A DNA stretch of 64,000 nucleotides, from positions 9,373,525 through 9,437,524 of the forward strand of contig OZ316896.1 in NCBI GenBank assembly GCA_973895155.1. Reading direction: 5' to 3'. A model generated the notes under the pieces. That model saw only the letters and a program-made list of their open reading frames with translations. It did no database searches and was not told the DNA's origin. This DNA comes from Marsupella aquatica (lineage: Eukaryota; Plantae; Marchantiophyta). Numbering within the stretch: position 1 is the stretch's first letter; each line of letters begins with the position of its first letter. Position numbers and translations under genes: made by a program. Positions 62,727 through 64,000 of the stretch are shown here, one piece after another.

Positions 62727-64000
62727 ATGCCTCAAATGTCTAATTGCCAAAGAGCAATGCGGCCTGTGAAAGACATGTTGATGTTAAATGTAGTACTGCA
62801 TAGTTCAGATAGTGAAGAAGAACCAGATACCGGGAGTGAAGGCGATTGGAGTGATGCTACAACACCCACAGACTCTGCATCTGACGAGGATTTTTATTCA
62901 TCATCTGACTCCGAGGCTACGACAGACATGTATGACCTTGAGGGCAATTCAGATGACCTGTTTGAGTTGTACAGTGTAATGGAAAACACCAGATATTTTG
63001 TTGATAAGACTATCACCATCAAATCTTGGGAGTTTGTCTTGCAGTTTTTTGATAAACTTCCACCGAGATTATTCAGGCAGATGACCAGAATGGACAAAGC
63101 CTCTTTCTTTGCTTAGTACACCTAATTGAGGATCATCCAGTTTTTGTCAATGATTCACCCTATGAACAGGCTCCAGTGGAATGGCAGCTAGTTGTTACCT
63201 TGGATCGTTTGGGACATGAAGGCAATGGAGCTTGTCTAAATCGTCTCATTCCAACTTGGGGAGTTAGTACAGGATCTCTCTGTAATTTCACAACTTGTTG
63301 TTTTATTGCCATGGAAACTGCATTGAAGGACCACTTGAGATGGCCTGATCGTACTGAAAGACGAAAGATATCAGAGGAGTTTTCAAAGAGAGGCTTCCCA
63401 GGGTGTGTGGGCCTCATTGATGGGACTATCATTCCACTTTCCCAACGGCCAAAGGATTCTGGAGAGTGCTACTACGATAGAAAGTGTCGGTACTCGATAA
63501 ACACGCAAGTTATTTGCGACCACAGAAGGAAAATCCTTTTCCTTTACACTGGTCAGTGTCTTCTTCATATGTCTCTTTAGTTTTACACATGAGTACATGG
63601 TTTTGCATTGCTAGGATTGACATTATTTCACTGCTATGACAGGTATGCCTGGTTCTTATTCACACCTGCAATGCTACAAGAAGTCCTCACTGTTCCGCAG
63701 ACAAAATGATGGCATTCTCTTTGGCCGTGGTCAATACCTTCTCAAAGACAGTGGGTATGCGTCCATGCCACACCTGGTTTGCTCATACAAAAGGGCAGAA
63801 TGCAAGTTCTCAGACCGTGAAGACTTCAACATGTGTGTGGCCAAGTGCAGGGTAACAAATGAGCATTGCATTGGTGTCTTGAAATCACGGTGGTACTCCC
63901 TCAGAGAAATGCGAGTCCAATTGAAATCAAAAGCAAACAACTTCTTTCTAGTGAGGTGGATTGTAATGTGTGCACGGTTGCACAACTTTGTCATTAATAG
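62727..64000 (+). pseudogene. PIF/Harbinger DDE transposase, 1-nt frameshift and one intron, runs off the window end
   Basis: FRQMTRMDKASF, then a frameshift at ~63113 into LVHLIEDHPVFVNDS..QAPVEWQLVVTLDRLGHEGNG; GFPGCVGLIDGT; YDRKCRYSINTQVICD; intron 63552-63642 (GT..AG); GMPGS, YLLKDSGY, RVTNEHCIGVLKSRW, LHNF. Confidence 0.92.

Overview
Eukaryotic nuclear DNA from a land plant. It is probably a non-seed lineage with flagellated sperm (bryophyte/lycophyte-like); this is inferred from an intact cilia gene, IQUB, and short GT-AG introns. Six apparently intact host genes were reconstructed by hand: a secreted Pro/Leu-rich repeat protein (+), IQUB (-, 7 exons), an intronless LHT amino-acid transporter (+), a small 2-exon membrane protein (-), URB1/Npa1 (-, 14 exons, ~2820 aa) and a DUF1771+Smr protein (+, 4 exons). 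Mobile DNA includes: (1) a young full-length Ty1/copia element (344-bp LTRs, CATTT TSD) with one in-frame TGA between gag and pol; (2) a young non-coding Bianca-type LTR element (142-bp LTRs, GATTG TSD) with a 32-nt half-tRNA-Ile primer site; (3) a pogo/mariner-like MITE; (4) a tRNA-derived SINE-like element; (5) satellite arrays. At the right end is a decayed cluster: divergent multi-exon gene relics around a hairpin array, an RPA70-C-like zinc/OB-fold pseudogene, and an intron-containing PIF/Harbinger transposase. That cluster is the best candidate for an undescribed composite element, but no termini can be shown inside this window. All family assignments come from motif recognition; no database searches were run.
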